This document shows positions 59,987 to 64,000 of a DNA stretch of 64,000 nt, piece by piece. How positions within the stretch are numbered: the first letter of the stretch is position 1; every line of letters starts with the position of its first letter. The notes beneath the pieces are model-generated. The model did no database searches, was not told the DNA's origin, and saw only the letters and a program-made list of their open reading frames with translations. Position numbers and translations under genes: made by a program. Origin of the DNA: a virus; the IMG/VR virus record IMGVR_UViG_3300035703_000042, positions 31,021 to 95,020 of that record; one strand, written 5' to 3'.

Positions 59987-60313
59987 ATGACTCACGTAGT
60001 CACTGAAGCTTGTATCCGTTGTCGTTATACCGATTGTGTGGATGTTTGCCCGGTGGACTGTTTCAAGGCCGGGCCCAACTTCCTGGTCATTGATCCCGAC
60101 GAGTGCATCGACTGTGCAGTATGCATACCCGAATGTCCCGTGAATGCCATCTATGCTGACACGGATCTGCCCGAGGATCAAAAAGGATTCTTGGCTCTCA
60201 ATGCAGAACTGGCGCAGATCTGGCCAGTTATCACTCGACGTACCGAAGCCTTGCCCGACGCCGAAGAGTGGCGCGATCAAACCGGTAAATTACAGCACCT
60301 AGACCGTGGTTGA
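59987..60313 (+). CDS. fdxA: 7Fe ferredoxin (FdxA type)
   Basis: [18 protein letters not shown]...[17 protein letters not shown]. Confidence 0.92.
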   Translation: MTHVVTEACIRCRYTDCVDVCPVDCFKAGPNFLVIDPDECIDCAVCIPECPVNAIYADTDLPEDQKGFLALNAELAQIWPVITRRTEALPDAEEWRDQTGKLQHLDRG

Positions 60314-60370
60314 CCGATAATTCTATCCATAGTATACTAGCAGCATGAACAATGTTGATAGGAAAGCCCA

Positions 60371-60787
60371 ATGACCATGCATCTTGAAGGTCCCTGGATG
60401 ACCACTACTCGCTACAGCAAGCGTCCGCACAAGAAGTGGGCGTCGGCTGCAGCCAAACAACGAGCCGAGCAAGAGGCCCGAGAGTGGTCAGCTCTCAAAC
60501 AAGAATTCGTGGATCGTGCGCCCAACTTCTCTGGGCGTCGTTATCCCGCACCGGAGATGCCGCGTGGTGCGTTCCAGCCGCTCAAGACTGCCAGCATGTA
60601 TCCACCCGGGCGTGAGCCACAGCAACACATACCCAGTCGAGACAGCGGTGTGGGTGTGGCTGCTGCTCCTGCGGCCAAGGTCTATACCGGTACCAAGATC
60701 AAAGGCATCGGCACCATGCACAAGTCAAATGCGGTGCCGATCTTCTCAGACGAGGAAGCCCAAGACATCGCTCGCATGCGGAGATAG
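60371..60787 (+). CDS. Hypothetical phage protein (YTG...GIGTMHKSNAVPIF)
   Basis: Promoter 60310/60333; recognisable C-terminal motif. Confidence 0.65.
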   Translation: MTMHLEGPWMTTTRYSKRPHKKWASAAAKQRAEQEAREWSALKQEFVDRAPNFSGRRYPAPEMPRGAFQPLKTASMYPPGREPQQHIPSRDSGVGVAAAPAAKVYTGTKIKGIGTMHKSNAVPIFSDEEAQDIARMRR

Positions 60788-60788
60788 C

Positions 60789-60974
60789 ATGGATCATCGA
60801 GATCGTGTACGACAACGCTGCAACTGGCTGCTGGCCAGCATGGTAGGCGATAAACTGGTAGACCAGTGGTGGGTCAGTCCAAACCACCACTGGAACGGCC
60901 AGACTCCCGAAAGCATATTCCAGCTCGACCCCGACGAAGTCTATGACTACCTGTTGTATTATGCCATGAAATAA
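60789..60974 (+). CDS. Stand-alone Xre/MbcA/ParS C-terminal-like domain (tentative)
   Basis: QWW.SPN..WNGQTP...V..YL. Confidence 0.5.
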   Translation: MDHRDRVRQRCNWLLASMVGDKLVDQWWVSPNHHWNGQTPESIFQLDPDEVYDYLLYYAMK

Positions 60975-60982
60975 AGGACATC

Positions 60983-61282
60983 ATGAAAACTATCTTTGCC
61001 GCTGTGCTTGCCTTGGCCGTGTCTGTGTCGGCTCAGGCCCAGACGCCCCAGACCGAACTTTGCCGCCAGATCGGCCAGGCCGCCAGCGTGACCATGGAAG
61101 CTCGCCAAGCGGGCGTGTCCATGAGCAATATCATGGCCAACGCAGCCGACACCGACATCCTCAAGAAGATCGTGATCGATGCCTACAGCTATCCCAGATT
61201 TGGGTCGTCGGAGTTTCGAGACCGTGCCGTGGAAGAATTCCGCAACAAGTGGGAACTGGCCTGCTTCCAACTGATCAAGTAG
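60983..61282 (+). CDS. Secreted small protein
   Basis: Signal peptide ending AQA; two Cys. Confidence 0.6.
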   Translation: MKTIFAAVLALAVSVSAQAQTPQTELCRQIGQAASVTMEARQAGVSMSNIMANAADTDILKKIVIDAYSYPRFGSSEFRDRAVEEFRNKWELACFQLIK

Positions 61283-62000
61283 ATCATGGGCCTGCAACTG
61301 CCACGGCATACCCAACGCTGGCGTCAGGCCTCAGTGCCTGGCGTGGGTCCCGTGGTCATACTCACAGACTGGCAGTTCTGGACCCAGCACCAGGCCGAAC
61401 TGGATGCCTGGTGTCTCGAGCACGGTGCCCAGAGAACAGGCATGACCGTGGACATGTGCGATCGTGTGCTGACCTTGTTCGCCCTGAGGTGGTCATGACT
61501 TCCAACACCGTCACTCCGGTCACAGTGACCTGTACAGGATGTGGCCTTGGGGACCACTACACCTCCCGGCAGTGGTGGGGGCTGAACAACTACCATGGAC
61601 TGTCGGGACGATTCTGCGACGACTGCTACGACAAGGTCGCCCACGACAGTTGGGGTCGTCCCAACCAGCCCGAGGAATACTTGATGATGCTGTTGCGGTT
61701 GGGAGGTTCTCGATGAACTGGGTAGATTTGTTAGTGCCTCCTGCTCAGCAAGGGGCAAGTCCAAAATACGAACCCTTGGTTTGGGCCAAGGCCAACTGTG
61801 CAACCTACATCACCAACGACGCTGTTCAAAAAAACGGTGAGTATTACTATCGTTTCTATTTTGGAGACAGCGAACAAGGTGAGCGTGATCGTTTATTGTT
61901 TATATTGAGATGGCTATGACCCCGTATTTTGGGGCGGTTGACAATAAAGCAGTTCGGTGTTATAATATACACATACAGTAAAAGAACAGGAATAAATGAA

Positions 62001-62780
62001 ATGAACGAACGAATTATGGAATTTGCTGAACAGGCTGGATTTACGGAGTGGCATCGCATGGACAATCCCAATGGTGATGCTGTTATTCAAACCTTTGCCG
62101 AGTTGATTGTTCGGGAATGTGCTAATGTTGCCGATGAGAATTACATTCATCGCGGAAGTAGAACTTGTGGGCTAGCGATTAGACTACATTTCGGAGTTGA
62201 AGAATGAAAGTTTATCTCGGTTATGAATGTTACGACGATCGCTGCAATGTGTGGCGGCGAGTGGTAAAAGTATTTGATGATGAAGTCAAAGCATTAGTGT
62301 GGAAAGAAGAAGAACGAGAGCATGCCGACGATGAGTGGCGTGAATATGATGAGATGGAGATGGAATGATGAACAAACGAATTCAAAAACTTTTTAACGAG
62401 GCTGGTTTTCATCAGCCGGAAATGGAACGACTTGGTATTGAAGACAAGTTTGAAAATTTCGCCGAGTTGATTGTTCGGGAATGTGCTGGTATCTTTGAGG
62501 GTGTATATACGGATCAACACAGACCCGAAAGAATTGATAAAAGAATCAAAGAACATTTTGGAGTTGAATGATGAACCAACGAATTGAAGAATTTGCCAAG
62601 CAATGTTATGTTAAAACTGGTAGCCCCCATACTGATCATTTTGAATATTGGAAGTTCGCCGAGTTGATTGTCAGGGAATGTGTCACTAGGTTAGAACAAC
62701 ACCATCCCTTTACCAAAGATCCAGAAGCATATTTGTATGCTATCTCATTGATTGAGGAACATTTCGGAGTTGAGGATTGA
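62001..62780 (+). repeat. Three MNERI/FAELIVREC/HFGVE paralogues (62001-62207, 62365-62571, 62568-62780)
   Basis: Shared DNA blocks ATGAAC.AACGAATT, GCCGAGTTGATTGT..GGGAATGT, CATTT.GGAGTTGA. Confidence 0.8.
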
Positions 62781-63836
62781 GTGATATTTGGCATCGCCGT
62801 GGTGAGATTGATCGAGCACGGTCAAAGAAAATGCAGGAACTCATGGCTGAGTACGACAATACGGTCTACTATCCTGCCAAGCGACAATTGGTACGAGAAT
62901 GCTTTCAAGAAGGACACAGTGGTGGAAAGTATCACGACAATGGGTTTGGATGGAGTTGGTTTTACTGTGGCAAATGTGGTGGCAGATATGATATCACTGG
63001 ACCCAACGGAGAGAAAAAATCATCAGATGGAGCAAAAAATGACAGATCAGATTCGCAAAGCGTTTGAAGAAGTAACTTATTTAACTCTTAGAGCAACCGG
63101 TCATGGACTACGACGAAGACCAGACGGACAATATGTTAGTGATACGCTAGAAGATCACTGGCAGACTTTTCAAGAAGGGTGGGAAGAAGCTATTAAATAT
63201 TTGCAATCTAAAAACAATCCATGTTACAGTGATATTATCAGTGACGGTGGAATGGACCCAAGAAAATGAATGAAAAAATTGAATTAGATTTTGAAACTGC
63301 TGATCGTATTGCAGTTTTGGTTCTTAAAAATTATCGTAATTGTCTTCAAACAGATTTAGATAATTTTAAAAATGGAAAATATCTACATCCCGAAGATGTT
63401 GCAGAAAATAAAAAAGCCGTAAAAGCTTTAAATTTGATAATTAGACATTTTGATACAGACTATTACAAAAATGACTAAATCATATAAAGAAGAAGTTGTG
63501 GACCAAGCAATACTCGGTCTTAAACAAGGTGGTTTGCTTGGAGCCGAATCCTTTCGTCTTTTCATTGAGAGAATTTATGATTGCGGTTATTATGAATGTA
63601 TGCGAGAACTTGATAAACGACAAGAACATTATCAGACTATTCTCGTTGTTGCCGGTACATATGAACAGTTTAGAACATACCATAGAGAAAAAGAATTAGA
63701 CCGTAGATATCGGTATGTATCCGGGCCAGAAGTGTTACGTGGGTTTAGTAATCCAACCGTTGAATTTGTAGGCACTTGGATGGATCGTGATGATATTCGA
63801 GATATCATTATGTTAGTAAAGACATCAAAGCGATAA
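62777..63836 (+). other. AT-rich run of small overlapping hypothetical ORFs
   Basis: ORFs 62777-63067, ~63039-63269, 63266-63478, ~63471-63836. Confidence 0.55.
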
Positions 63837-64000
63837 CATGAGATATTACAGTTATAATGAGTATAATGATCAAGGTGGTTATATTATAACTATGTCCGAA
63901 GAAGAAATTCGAAAGACATATTGGCCTTACTGGTATAAAAAAATGTGTGAAAAATTCGGTCAAAAAGAAGTAGATCAAAAATATAGTTTTAAAGATTGCC

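Noticed and set aside
62001-62780. CRISPR array or diversity-generating retroelement
   Set aside because: The repeats are in-frame coding blocks with irregular spacing, the variation is not adenine-specific, and there is no cas or reverse transcriptase gene in the window.

Overview
This window is a segment of a large T4-like (jumbo) myophage genome in the standard genetic code. The host is probably a betaproteobacterium, inferred from the IscU and 7Fe-ferredoxin sequences. It carries virion genes (a tail/pectin-lyase-like protein, a PAAR spike), nucleotide and DNA metabolism genes (nrdA, nrdB, glutaredoxin, ATP-dependent ligase, exonuclease, UvsE), an Fe-S set (IscU, IscA, ferredoxin, a CDGSH-like protein, five radical SAM enzymes), a proteostasis set (ClpX, two ClpP, ClpS, Hsp20, YccA), ribosomal protein bS21, NadE and a sugar/amidino-modification cluster. 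Many small genes sit behind a repeated GGTTGACC-N17-TATAAT promoter cassette. The most striking feature is iscU: it is broken right after Cys37-Gly38 by a 7-nt insert, giving GGA-UGA-C-GGA, with the stop codon inside a tetraloop hairpin of the same geometry as the T4 gene 60 take-off site, and a free-standing HNH endonuclease gene overlaps its start. This is a candidate minimal ribosomal-bypass plus homing-endonuclease cassette. Also seen are two highly base-paired intergenic RNA candidates (~13.2 kb and ~16.5 kb), ROSE-like leaders, probable leaderless late genes and a shuffled paralogue family. All calls come from reading motifs by eye; no searches were run.
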